The translations under genes and the position numbers were made by a program. The notes below the pieces were generated by a model. That model was not told where the DNA came from and made no database searches. It worked only from the letters and a program-made list of their open reading frames with translations. 38,404 nucleotides of DNA from an uncultured Dehalococcoidales bacterium (lineage in GTDB: Bacteria; Chloroflexota; Dehalococcoidia; Dehalococcoidales; GCA-2688105), in NCBI GenBank assembly GCA_964558705.1, contig CAZLFC010000004.1, positions 1 to 38,404 of the forward strand, given 5' to 3'. Numbering within the stretch: position 1 is the stretch's first letter; each line of letters opens with the position of its first letter. This document shows, piece by piece, positions 1-9,128 of the stretch.

Positions 1-444
1 CTCATAAGTCATTGCCGGACCCCGGGCTATATTCTGCGTGCCCGCAGCAACTTTCCTGGACAACAGCTGAGAATGAGGTTTCAACTCAGTGGCTACCCCC
101 ATATCCACCACGACAACCCGGGCACCTGTCTGACGGGCAATGACATTTATGCCCGCCCCACCACCAAGGAAATTAGCGACCATCTGGGCGGTTACATCCT
201 GGGGCCAGTTACCTATCTTCTCCGCCACCACCCCGTGGTCGGCAGCCATGGTAATAATAGCCCTGTGCTTGATTTGAGGCACAGGCCTGCCCTGAATGCC
301 CGCCAGTTGCACAGACAACTCCTCCAGCCTGCCCAGGCTACCCGGGGGCTTGGTCAGTAAATCCTGCCTAGCTTGAGCTACCGCTATTGCCTCCTTATCC
401 AGGGGCTTTATCATTTCAATTATTTTAGATAGTAATGCTGACAT
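1..444 (-). CDS. cobT: Nicotinate-nucleotide--dimethylbenzimidazole phosphoribosyltransferase (CobT). Only the N-terminal 148 codons are present; the gene runs off the left edge.
   Basis: Absent from the ORF track because no stop lies inside the window. Manual minus-strand translation from ATG 444..442 gives MSALLSKIIEMIKPLDKEAIAVAQARQDLLTKPPGSLGRLEELSVQLAGIQGRPVPQIKHRAIITMAADHGVVAEKIGNWPQDVTAQMVANFLGGGAGINVIARQTGARVVVVDMGV... This is CobT-like (LTKPxGSLGxLE, AADHGV, QMVxNFLxGGA). The ATG lies 2 nt after the cobD stop. Confidence 0.8.
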   Translation of the reverse strand, partial: MSALLSKIIEMIKPLDKEAIAVAQARQDLLTKPPGSLGRLEELSVQLAGIQGRPVPQIKHRAIITMAADHGVVAEKIGNWPQDVTAQMVANFLGGGAGINVIARQTGARVVVVDMGVATELKPHSQLLSRKVAAGTQNIARGPAMTYE

Positions 445-446
445 CT

Positions 447-1565
447 CTAACCCCGTTCCAAACCAGTATCCAGTTTTCCGCTATCCCTTAATTCCTGGAC
501 AGCCGTAATCAATTTTTGGCATTCGGGCATGGTACGCGGGGCAATACGGACATACTCCGGCAAACCAAAGGAAGCGCAATCGCGCACCAGGATTCCCTTT
601 CTGAGCAGAGCCGAGCGAAACGCTTTGCCATCACCTACCCTGACCAGGAAAAAATTCGTGCTTGACGGAACCACGTTAAAGCCTAATTGACCAAACTCGT
701 CTACCAGAAAGTGCTTCGCCTGCTTAATCTTCGACTTGCATTGCTCAAGGTAGCCACCATCCTTTAATGCCGCAATTCCCGCTTTCTGGGCAGCCGCATT
801 CACATTCCACGGCGGGCGTACCTTACGCAAATTATCAATTATCTCCCGACTGGCTACCGCGTAACCGAGACGCAGACCGGCCAGGGCATAGTCCTTGGTC
901 ATAGAGCGCACGATAATCAGGTTACCCCGGTTAAGCAGGTCCAGAGGCGACCAGACCTCATCGGTGAAAGCGATATAAGCCTCGTCCAGCACGACCAGTC
1001 TATTTGCCCCGGCCATCAGGACAGATTCAATCTCTTCCCGCGACAGATATTGACCGGTGGGATTATTGGGATGGCAGATAAAAATCGCCCTGGGCAGACT
1101 CTGGCGGATGAGGACAACCGTTTCTTCTATCTGCATCTTAAAGCCATGCTGCGGATGACTCCACTGCTTGATAACCTGTACACCCATCATCTGACAGGCT
1201 ACTTCATATTCACCATAGGCAGGGGTCAGGATTAGCGCGGAGTCGCCGCGACGGAAATAAGCCAGGGCGATGAAACGGATAAGCTCGGTAGACCCGCTTC
1301 CAGCCAGAATGTTCTCCACCGCTACCCCCAACTTCTCAGAGAGGCACTGCCGGAACTCGGTCGACTCGGAATCGGGATAACGCCCGATTGTTGCCCTGCT
1401 CAAAGCCTTTTTTACCGCCGGTGGAGGCGGAAAGGGATTGGTGCAGACACTGAAGTCGAGAACATCCTCCGGATTCAAGCCCATAGACTGCAACTCAGCC
1501 CAATCCGGTCCGCCGTGAGCACAGATTTTCAGGTTTTCTAATTCAGGTCTAGGCGGTACAGACAA
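447..1565 (-). CDS. cobD: L-threonine-O-3-phosphate decarboxylase (CobD), aminotransferase class I/II fold
   Basis: 372-aa ORF with a histidinol-phosphate-aminotransferase-like sequence. It has the N-terminal HGG motif (ICAHGGPDW) and a PLP-lysine region (SMTKDYALAGLRLGY). It sits between cbiB and cobT in a B12-riboswitch operon and overlaps the cbiB end by 17 nt. Confidence 0.75.
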   Translation of the reverse strand: MSVPPRPELENLKICAHGGPDWAELQSMGLNPEDVLDFSVCTNPFPPPPAVKKALSRATIGRYPDSESTEFRQCLSEKLGVAVENILAGSGSTELIRFIALAYFRRGDSALILTPAYGEYEVACQMMGVQVIKQWSHPQHGFKMQIEETVVLIRQSLPRAIFICHPNNPTGQYLSREEIESVLMAGANRLVVLDEAYIAFTDEVWSPLDLLNRGNLIIVRSMTKDYALAGLRLGYAVASREIIDNLRKVRPPWNVNAAAQKAGIAALKDGGYLEQCKSKIKQAKHFLVDEFGQLGFNVVPSSTNFFLVRVGDGKAFRSALLRKGILVRDCASFGLPEYVRIAPRTMPECQKLITAVQELRDSGKLDTGLERG

Positions 1566-2481
1566 AATAAACCACCCCCACGATAAAACATATTATAGCC
1601 CAGCTCAGTGCAGCTGCCTGCATAATCTTTAACGAAGCATCAATAGTCGACGGTACTAGAATATCACCTTGCCTGCCTAATTTATAGTGCCCCTTCTTTT
1701 CCAGTTGAACATTAAGCGCCCCTGCCATGGCAGCCATCGGCCAGCCGGCGTTAGGGCTCTCGGTTTGGGAATGGCTGTTAACTGCCGATTGCCATGAACT
1801 CCGAGCACCCCGTCGCGACAGGAAAGCGGCTAAAATCAAAAGCAGCGCTGATAGCCTGGCCGGTATAAAATTAAGCACATCATCCAGCCTGGCCACAAAC
1901 TTCCCCAGGTATTCACACCTGCCATGATAGCCTATCATAGCATCTAGGGTATTGACGACGCGATAGGCAATGGCGCCGGGGACGCCAAACAGCAAAAAAT
2001 AGAACAGGGGCGCCACAAAGCTATCGCAGGTGCCCTCCGCCACTGACTCCACCGTAGCCGACACCAGCAGCGGCCCGGGTAAATCCTGAGTGTCACGACT
2101 GACCAGTGAGCGCAGCTCAAAACGCGCCGCATCTATCTCTTCCTTCAGTAGCAAATTCTTTATCTTTAATGCCGCCCGCCGCAGCTCCCTCAGGGAAAAG
2201 GTCGACTTCAGCAACAGCGCCCCCACCACCACATATGTCACTAGATTCAGTTCGTCCAGGCACTGCATAACAAAATAGGCAGGCACCGCGAAAAGTCCGA
2301 CAACGAACAGGGTTATCACCACCCCGTAAGTAAACTGAGCCACAGGACGCTGACCAACCTTTCTTGTCTCAAGGAAAGAAGCGACCTTCCCCATCCACAC
2401 CACCGGGTGGACGATGAGGGGTGGTTCCCCCAGGACTATATCAATACCCAGGGCAATCGCCAAAATCAGTATAATGTCCAC
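1549..2481 (-). CDS. cbiB: Adenosylcobinamide-phosphate synthase (CbiB)
   Basis: 310-aa polytopic membrane ORF with a GTG start. CbiB-like motifs are present (HPVVWMGK, SPNAGWPMAAMAGALNVQLEK). Confidence 0.85.
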   Translation of the reverse strand: MDIILILAIALGIDIVLGEPPLIVHPVVWMGKVASFLETRKVGQRPVAQFTYGVVITLFVVGLFAVPAYFVMQCLDELNLVTYVVVGALLLKSTFSLRELRRAALKIKNLLLKEEIDAARFELRSLVSRDTQDLPGPLLVSATVESVAEGTCDSFVAPLFYFLLFGVPGAIAYRVVNTLDAMIGYHGRCEYLGKFVARLDDVLNFIPARLSALLLILAAFLSRRGARSSWQSAVNSHSQTESPNAGWPMAAMAGALNVQLEKKGHYKLGRQGDILVPSTIDASLKIMQAAALSWAIICFIVGVVYFVCTA

Positions 2482-2485
2482 GCTG

Positions 2486-3313
2486 TCAGCCCGCTTCCTT
2501 CTCTATCCCATCTCTAGTGTGACCGGATTGGTTGTTACCCGCCTTAATTAAGACAGTGGGCAGGCCGTTTATGGGATGGGTATAGACACAGTGCTCCGCC
2601 CCGTAGACATCTTTTATATTCCGTGGAGTGATGACTTCCGCCGGTGTTCCCTCGGCATGAACCCGCCCGCTATTTACCAGGACTAATCGGTCGCAGTACT
2701 GCGCGGCCAGGTTCAGGTCGTGCAGCGCCGCCAGAACCGTCAGATTATTTTCCAGACACAGTCTCTTAATGAGGTCAAGGATTTCAACCTGGCGTCCAAT
2801 ATCCAGATTCGCCGTCGGCTCGTCCAGAAGAATCGCCTTGGTCTCCTGAACCAGGGCACGCGCGATGACCAAACACTGTATCTCCCCACCGGAAAGCTCA
2901 ATCACTCTTCGCTCGGCCAGGGTTTGAGTTGACGTCCTCTCCATAGCCTGCCAGACGATAGCCATTTCCTCCGCACCTTCATACTGAAAAAGACCGAGGT
3001 GGGGATTCCGGCCCATGAGCACTATCTCAAAGGCAGTAAAGGCACTGGGCAAAAGCGAAAGCTGAGGAACTACTCCGACCAGACGGGCTAAATCTTTCCG
3101 TGATATTTGAGATAAATCCTGCCCGTCCAGGAATATCTTCCCGGACTGCGGAGAGATAACACGACTCAACGCCCGGATAATGGTCGACTTGCCACAGCCA
3201 TTGGGCCCGATGAGCCCTACCACTTCTCCGGGCGACACCTGTAAGTTTATATCCTGCAGTACCACCTTGCGGCCATAGCCCAGACAGACATTCCGCATTT
3301 CTATCTTAATCAT
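2486..3313 (-). CDS. btuD: ABC transporter ATP-binding protein, FepC/BtuD type (probable corrinoid import)
   Basis: Walker A GPNGCGKST, signature LSGGE and Walker B ILLDEP. Operon context is a FecCD permease, a BtuF-like binding protein and a B12 riboswitch. Confidence 0.8.
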   Translation of the reverse strand: MIKIEMRNVCLGYGRKVVLQDINLQVSPGEVVGLIGPNGCGKSTIIRALSRVISPQSGKIFLDGQDLSQISRKDLARLVGVVPQLSLLPSAFTAFEIVLMGRNPHLGLFQYEGAEEMAIVWQAMERTSTQTLAERRVIELSGGEIQCLVIARALVQETKAILLDEPTANLDIGRQVEILDLIKRLCLENNLTVLAALHDLNLAAQYCDRLVLVNSGRVHAEGTPAEVITPRNIKDVYGAEHCVYTHPINGLPTVLIKAGNNQSGHTRDGIEKEAG

Positions 3314-3321
3314 GCCAAACC

Positions 3322-4410
3322 TCAGAAAATTACTCTCTTTCTACGCCGCAGTAAGTAAAGGAAAAAGGGAGCACCGACGATGGCGGTGATAACCCCTATC
3401 GGCACCTCAGCGGGTGCCAGAACGGTGCGCGCAATAATATCAGCCAGAATCAGGAAAATAGCGCCGGAAAGAATCGACAACGGCAGCAGGAAACGATGGT
3501 CCGGCCCCCAAACCAGACGCACGGCATGGGGGACGATGATGCCCACAAAGCCGATGGTACCGACGAAAGCAACCGCCGCCGCCGTAATCAGCGTGGCCGC
3601 GCCGAGAAGCACCAGTTTGAGACTTTCTACATTGACGCCCAGCTGCTGCGCCTGCTCCTCGTCAAGCTGCATCACATTGAGCGGGCGGGCGTAAAGCAGG
3701 ATAACAACTACCCCCACCAATACATAGGGCAGCACCACCCTTACCTCCGACCACTGGCTCAAGGAAAAACTGCCCATCAGCCAGAATATAATGCCGTGCA
3801 CCTTTTCCTCGCTGGAAATAATAAGATAGGAAACAACCGACCCCAGCAGCGCTCCCAGAGCCACGCCTGCCAGGATAAGCGTAGTGGTGGGCAGGGTTCT
3901 GCCCACCCGAGCCAAAGCATAGACAATAGCGGCACTAATCAGCGCTCCGCAGAAAGCCAGCAGTGGAATAACCCCGAAACCCATAGCCTGCCAGGTGGTC
4001 GGAAATAAAAAGCCAACCACGGCTCCCAGCGCCGCCCCCTGAGCCACCCCGATAAGATAGGGGTCGGCTAAAGGATTCCGGAACAGCCCCTGGTAGGTCG
4101 CTCCGGCTAAAGCCAGGGCACCCCCCGTCAGCCCGGCCAGAATGACCCTGGGCAAGCGTATGTCCAGAATTATGGTCTCCAGGGTAGACGGCCAGTTAGG
4201 CACTATCTGAATCAGAGGCAGTCTGGACAGCAGCACTTTACCGGTGGTCAAGAGCGGAATCTGCACACTGCCAACCGCCGTGGCCAATGCCACTACTATG
4301 CCCAAGACAATTAAAAGCCCCACAATAGCATAGATGCGACCACGCCAGTGGGGATAACGTATTGGCGGAGCTTGCTTAGTCAAGACTTGTTTAGGTTGCT
4401 GCCCAGACAT
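3322..4410 (-). CDS. btuC: FecCD/BtuC-family ABC permease
   Basis: 362-aa highly hydrophobic ORF with typical FecCD-family sequence (GAALAL..GA.YQGLFRNPLADPYLIG). Confidence 0.8.
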   Translation of the reverse strand: MSGQQPKQVLTKQAPPIRYPHWRGRIYAIVGLLIVLGIVVALATAVGSVQIPLLTTGKVLLSRLPLIQIVPNWPSTLETIILDIRLPRVILAGLTGGALALAGATYQGLFRNPLADPYLIGVAQGAALGAVVGFLFPTTWQAMGFGVIPLLAFCGALISAAIVYALARVGRTLPTTTLILAGVALGALLGSVVSYLIISSEEKVHGIIFWLMGSFSLSQWSEVRVVLPYVLVGVVVILLYARPLNVMQLDEEQAQQLGVNVESLKLVLLGAATLITAAAVAFVGTIGFVGIIVPHAVRLVWGPDHRFLLPLSILSGAIFLILADIIARTVLAPAEVPIGVITAIVGAPFFLYLLRRRKRVIF

Positions 4411-4428
4411 ATCAATAAACCTTCAAAT

Positions 4429-5346
4429 TTACGGAAACAGCTCCGGATGAATAAGCCCGGCGAATACTTCCAGAGCTTCAACCAGGCGAGGGCTGGGGCG
4501 ACTGACCAGGTCAGCGTCCATCTGATACACCCGGTTGTTCTGGCGGGCATCAGTGTCTCTTAATGTCGGCTCGTCCTGCAGAAACCTGAAGGGCAAGTCA
4601 TCGCCGCTGCCATGACCGACACCGGTAATCATCACCTCGGGATTGGCTTCAATAACCGCCTCCAAACTGATATCCACATAACCGTCAAGGTCCCGGGCAA
4701 CATTATGGCCGCCCGCCTTCTGTATCAGGTCTTCAAAATGGGTCCCCGAGCCAGCCGTCATCAGGGGGTCGTGCCAGACTGTATAGAAAACCCTCGGTCT
4801 TTGCTCCGCTGGCAAACCATCTGTCTTATCAGTTACGGCTTTTACCCGGTTCTCCAGACTGGCAATGAGGCTGGCGGCTTCCTTGTCATTGCCAGTGATT
4901 TTCCCGACCAAACTGAGGTCACTCAACACCTCATCAATAGTTACCGGTGCCAGCGCCACGACCGTTAAGCCAAGAGCTTCCAATGCTGGAATTACCTTGG
5001 CCTCATGAATGTCATCGGCTAATATCAGGTCGGGCTCAAGAGCCACAATCCTCTCCACATCAACAGTTCTGAAACCGCCCACCTGAGACTTAGTTTGAGC
5101 CTCAGGGGGATAATTACAGTATTCGGTGACCCCCACCACCCTATCCCCCAACCCCAAGGCAAAGAGAATCTCGGTATTACTCGGGGCAAGGGAAATAATT
5201 CTCTGCGGGATATAATCTATATTTATCTCTCTACCCAGGTCATCGGTAAAGGCTCCCGTCCGGGACTGAGGCTGACAGCCAGCCACCAGGCCAATTAACA
5301 GGCTTAATAATAGAAGAATAAGAATACTAAATTTCACCAATTTCAT
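4429..5346 (-). CDS. btuF: Periplasmic-binding lipoprotein, BtuF/FepB class (cluster A type)
   Basis: Signal peptide with lipobox (LVAGC). It is the first gene after the cobalamin riboswitch. An RBS (ggagg) lies upstream of ATG 5346. Confidence 0.75.
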   Translation of the reverse strand: MKLVKFSILILLLLSLLIGLVAGCQPQSRTGAFTDDLGREINIDYIPQRIISLAPSNTEILFALGLGDRVVGVTEYCNYPPEAQTKSQVGGFRTVDVERIVALEPDLILADDIHEAKVIPALEALGLTVVALAPVTIDEVLSDLSLVGKITGNDKEAASLIASLENRVKAVTDKTDGLPAEQRPRVFYTVWHDPLMTAGSGTHFEDLIQKAGGHNVARDLDGYVDISLEAVIEANPEVMITGVGHGSGDDLPFRFLQDEPTLRDTDARQNNRVYQMDADLVSRPSPRLVEALEVFAGLIHPELFP

Positions 5347-5380
5347 AGCTTGCCATCCTCCAGATTAGAATCAATCGGAC

Positions 5381-5414
5381 AAAATAAAATCCCCTTGCCG
5401 CTAAAGACAAGGGG
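5381..5414 (-). terminator. Intrinsic terminator hairpin forming the expression platform of the B12 riboswitch
   Basis: The minus strand reads ccccttg-tctttagcgg-caagggg followed by attttatttt. It lies between the aptamer and the btuF RBS. Confidence 0.6.
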
Positions 5415-5600
5415 ACACTCATGTTCGGTAAACATGCTCCCACCCCTTTTCCCCGCGGGGTTACGGGATACCCAGAGGTGCGGCGTTCTGGCTTCCGGTT
5501 AAGCTACCGGTTACAGTAGGCGGTACTGCGTCGGATTCGCACCGACTTGCTCTCCGTTCGTGCCCGAATTAACTTCGGGTGCCTCCGGGTTTCCTATTCA
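5415..5600 (-). promoter_or_regulatory. Cobalamin (AdoCbl-type) riboswitch aptamer
   Basis: The minus strand contains ggtgcgaatccgacgcagtaccgcctactgtaaccgg (the conserved GGUGNNAAUCC...GCCACUGU core, 5511..5543). It also has a B12-box-like ggaagccagaacgccgc (5479..5497). It lies directly upstream of btuFCD-cbiB-cobD-cobT. Confidence 0.8.
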
Positions 5601-5766
5601 ATTTTCATAAAAGAATACAACAAGCCGCCATAAAATGCAAACTTATTCTTCTTCAATATACATATATAATATACCGTGACCATCGACACGCCGGATGTTA
5701 AAAGTGATTCCGGACTTGATATTTAAGGTCAAATCAATTAGCATTGGGAATCGTTACTAACGTAAA

Positions 5767-6453
5767 ATGGAAAATGTACCGCTGTTAGTCGCCTTCAGTG
5801 CCGGATTACTATCCTTCCTGTCACCCTGCGTGCTGCCGCTGGTGCCGGTATACCTCGCCAGTTTATACGGGCCGGAAATATTTGAGACCAAAACTAAAAG
5901 ATTCCGTATGCCTGTATTCCTGCATGCTCTCACCTTTGTAATCGGTTTCTCGGTGGTCTTCACGCTCTTTGGCGCCGGGGCTGGACTGGTCGGGTTTGCC
6001 CTCAGTGCTTACATAACAGTAATTCGCCAGATAGCTGGTATTTTATTGATAGTCTTTGGGGCATTCCTGCTGGCATCTCTAAAGGTGCCGTGGCTGAATT
6101 TTGAAAAACGCTTAGCCCCCTCCCAGGGCACCACTATCGGCTACCTGCGCTCTTTCTTCACCGGGGGCATTTTTTCCCTGGCCTGGACGCCCTGCATTGG
6201 TCCTATACTGGCTGGTATCCTCACCCTTGCCATGGGGTCGGAAACAGCCGGGCAGGGTGCTTACCTGCTCGCCATCTACTCCCTGGGACTGGGGCTCCCC
6301 TTCCTGGTGGTAGGTGCCGCCTTTGATTCTATTACCCCGTTGTTAAGACGTATCCACCGCTACTCCGTCATAATCTACATCGTCAGCGGGGTGCTGCTCA
6401 TAATCGTGGGTATACTCATTCTGGCTAATAAGATGATTTGGTTTTCAACCTAA
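5767..6453 (+). CDS. ccdA: CcdA/DsbD-family thiol:disulfide electron-transfer membrane protein
   Basis: 228-aa polytopic ORF with the two conserved Cys motifs (LSPCVLPLVP and WTPCIGPIL). Confidence 0.8.
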   Translation: MENVPLLVAFSAGLLSFLSPCVLPLVPVYLASLYGPEIFETKTKRFRMPVFLHALTFVIGFSVVFTLFGAGAGLVGFALSAYITVIRQIAGILLIVFGAFLLASLKVPWLNFEKRLAPSQGTTIGYLRSFFTGGIFSLAWTPCIGPILAGILTLAMGSETAGQGAYLLAIYSLGLGLPFLVVGAAFDSITPLLRRIHRYSVIIYIVSGVLLIIVGILILANKMIWFST

Positions 6454-6485
6454 TTTGGAGGTAAAATTATATTCGAGGTTTGATT

Positions 6486-7001
6486 ATGAGTAAACTACTA
6501 AGAGTCACACTATCCCTGATAATACTGACCCTGGGGCTGGTAATAACCAGCTGTGCCTCCGGGTCGGAACCAACTGAAGCCGTGGTAGGTCAGCCGGCAC
6601 CCAACTTCAAACTTCAGAGTCTGGATGGACAATCCGTATCTCTGAAGGACCTCAAGGGCAAGCCGGTGCTGATTAACTTCTGGGCAACCCGGTGCGGTCC
6701 TTGCGTCTACGAAATGCCCTTTCTGCAAGAAATACATGACGAATGGTCAAGTAAGGGAGTTGTCTTGCTGGCTATTAACAATGGTGAGAGTTTAGCCAGA
6801 ATAAGCCAGTTCATGCAATACTATAACCTCTCCCTCACCATATTACTGGACCCCAAGGCAGAGGTAGCCCAGAAATATAGAGTCCTTGGTATTCCCATGA
6901 CCTTCTTCATTGACAAGGACGGCATAATTCAAGAGAAGGTGATTGGTGCCTTCCCCAACAAGGCAGAAATAGAAGCAAGACTTAATAAGATTGTGGAATA
7001 A
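6486..7001 (+). CDS. TlpA/ResA-like thioredoxin-fold thiol-disulfide oxidoreductase, lipoprotein
   Basis: Lipobox ITSC and active site WATRCGPC. The AhpC/TSA-thioredoxin fold pattern is present. The track starts at TTG 6480; the ATG at 6486 is preferred. Confidence 0.8.
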   Translation: MSKLLRVTLSLIILTLGLVITSCASGSEPTEAVVGQPAPNFKLQSLDGQSVSLKDLKGKPVLINFWATRCGPCVYEMPFLQEIHDEWSSKGVVLLAINNGESLARISQFMQYYNLSLTILLDPKAEVAQKYRVLGIPMTFFIDKDGIIQEKVIGAFPNKAEIEARLNKIVE

Positions 7002-7012
7002 GGAGATTAGAC

Positions 7013-7333
7013 ATGGGTGATGTTCTGGATGAGGCTTATGCGGTAATGCAGTGCAAGGAATGTCCGTGGTATAAAGCCTGCGTAACGCCGATGAAGTTCA
7101 CTGCCGAGGATATACGCAGACAATTAGAGACATCGGCACCGGGTATGAATATCTCACAACCGACTGACCTCAGTATGCAGAATCTTCTGTCAAGCATGGC
7201 AACCGCCGCCCAGAATTCGCTGCTGGAAAGCTGCCCCATCTTTATTCAGCGCTTGCGCGCCAATCCTAAACTGGCTCAGCGCTTAAAAGAAATAATGCTG
7301 AGCTGGGGCGAAGAAGAGGCAGCAGGGAGATAG
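7013..7333 (+). CDS. Hypothetical small Cys-containing protein (106 aa)
   Basis: Good RBS (aaggag, 8 nt upstream). It lies 11 nt after the tlpA-like stop. It contains CKEC...C...C. I recognise no family. Confidence 0.5.
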   Translation: MGDVLDEAYAVMQCKECPWYKACVTPMKFTAEDIRRQLETSAPGMNISQPTDLSMQNLLSSMATAAQNSLLESCPIFIQRLRANPKLAQRLKEIMLSWGEEEAAGR

Positions 7334-7357
7334 CTGTCTACCAGAGTCCAGTGTGGC

Positions 7358-8173
7358 TCAGCTATTCTTCTCAACAACCACGAGGAGGTTCTCATCAAAC
7401 CATCGTACCTCATCCGGGTTAGAGAAATGCTCCTTGATGTTTTGCTTAAAACCGTCCAGTGCTCTGGCAAACTCGCTTTCAGAATAAAAATAGAATGTAG
7501 AATAATGACGGCTCTCAGCCCTTTCTATAAGATGTTCTAGAGAAGCAACTCTCTCATATTTAAATTCTTTCGCCGTGCGTAGCTTTAAGACAGGCACCGC
7601 ACTCACCGCCTGCTCGAGCTCATCCCGATAATAAAGGTTAGTTTCCTTCCGGCAGAACTGAGGGAAGTACCTGCCCCAGATATTCCGACTGTTTTGCTCC
7701 GGCGTTCTAGTATAAATGAAGAGCAAACTCCTGTCCTTGAGAACCCTGGCCGCTTCAGCTAGAAAATCCTTTAACTTAAAGTGATGAACCGCATTAAACG
7801 TCATTATACAATTAAAAGAGCCGTCACCAAAAGGTAAATTCTCCGCATCAGATTTCACTCTCACAAATTTACTTACGCCATTTGCATTGAAATGAGTTAC
7901 CAGTGTTTCCAGCATGCTGTCATTATTATCAATACATCTAAGGCGAACCTTCCCATCCAAACACTTAGCAAAGAGTAGACTATACCGACCATCCCCACAA
8001 CCAATGTCCGCAACATCAATATGCGGTAAGTCTAATATAGAATCAAGCTCACGCACGATGTAAATAATCGGCTCCAGATCAGTTGTTCTCAGGTCGCCAT
8101 AACGCTTCGCTAACTGCGAAAAATGAGGAGAAATGTCTTTCGATTTCCTCCCTGTTTGAGAGCTAGAATACAT
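7358..8173 (-). CDS. Class I SAM-dependent methyltransferase
   Basis: Motif I VADIGCGDGRYS and a post-I acidic residue (CIDNN). 271 aa. Confidence 0.75.
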   Translation of the reverse strand: MYSSSQTGRKSKDISPHFSQLAKRYGDLRTTDLEPIIYIVRELDSILDLPHIDVADIGCGDGRYSLLFAKCLDGKVRLRCIDNNDSMLETLVTHFNANGVSKFVRVKSDAENLPFGDGSFNCIMTFNAVHHFKLKDFLAEAARVLKDRSLLFIYTRTPEQNSRNIWGRYFPQFCRKETNLYYRDELEQAVSAVPVLKLRTAKEFKYERVASLEHLIERAESRHYSTFYFYSESEFARALDGFKQNIKEHFSNPDEVRWFDENLLVVVEKNS

Positions 8174-8663
8174 GTATCTTCTCCATTAATAATCCCTTCA
8201 ACACACCAGAATTCAGTGAATCCAAAGACTTAACTAAAAAACTCCGATAAGCCCGCCATATAAAGGGACGGCACTTAAATCAAGGGCGCGGCAGGAAACT
8301 ACTTACTGTTTAAGCGCGCTCTGTAACTATTGTTTCCAACCCCTAATTTCCAACGCTACAGCCTATCAAATGCAACCTCCACAGTCAATGCCGAAAATAC
8401 AGGCTAATAGCCCTTGAGAGATGTATAAACCGCTAATCTAATTAATATAAATGTCAGAATCTCCTGTCTCTGACTTTGTTAAATGGCATATAGTCTCAAA
8501 TCCTAGTGTGTTTATACTATTTCAAGCCACTGTTTGTCAAAGCGATTATGGCAGAGAAGTTTCCCTGTTTAGTGCTTATAAAAATGGTAAATAACGACAC
8601 CTGATGGTATCATATTTAATAGAAGCAAACATTCAAACACCCACGACAGGGGAGGCAGAAAAA

Positions 8664-8939
8664 ATGTATACCCGATGCCCCGGTCAGGATAGTCGGAATC
8701 TACGAGCGGCAATATACAGGTGCCCCAAATGTGGCGCCGAGGTTGAGATATTCTCTGACGAAATCAGAGTGAAGTGCAAGAAATGTGGCAAGCAGGTCTA
8801 CCCGGAGAAACTACCCTCATGTATCGAGTGGTGCGCTGCCGCCCGTAAATGTTTGGGCGAAGAAAAATGGAAGCAGGTGATGGAGGCAATCGCAGAACAT
8901 CCTGAAATCGAAAGACAGGACAGGACCGAAGAGGAGTGA
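8664..8939 (+). CDS. Small zinc-ribbon protein (about 91 aa)
   Basis: The ATG at 8664 is preceded by gggagg with 8-nt spacing. CPxxxx...CPKCG...CKKCG forms a 4-Cys ribbon, and a further CIEWC...C follows. The track start at 8604 lacks an RBS. Confidence 0.55.
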   Translation: MYTRCPGQDSRNLRAAIYRCPKCGAEVEIFSDEIRVKCKKCGKQVYPEKLPSCIEWCAAARKCLGEEKWKQVMEAIAEHPEIERQDRTEEE

Positions 8940-9128
8940 TTAATTTCACCGCTTAGATAGCCCTGGCCAAGCACCACACCCCCACCAGTAAAAAACTGCA
9001 ATTTTGATAGCAACCATTACTTACTACTTCAAAAAGATAGAACATTTATACCCTGGCAGAGCCTAGAGACATTTGTTGCCATTTTGGTATAAAATAGGTG
9101 AGGTATATCAAGCACGGAAAGGACAGCA

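Noticed and set aside
73-360. 95-aa plus-strand ORF at the left edge
   Set aside because: It lies antisense to a clear CobT N-terminal reading frame on the minus strand (1..444). It has no RBS and no recognisable motifs.
8549-8564. TGGCAGAGAAGTTTCC, a sigma-54-like site upstream of the zinc-ribbon ORF
   Set aside because: GG-N10 lands on TC, not GC, so the invariant -12 GC is missing.
8940-9128. T-box leader upstream of trpS
   Set aside because: The region is only about 190 nt. It has no T-box consensus (AAnnnGGGUGGUACCGCG-like) and no specifier or terminator architecture that I could see.
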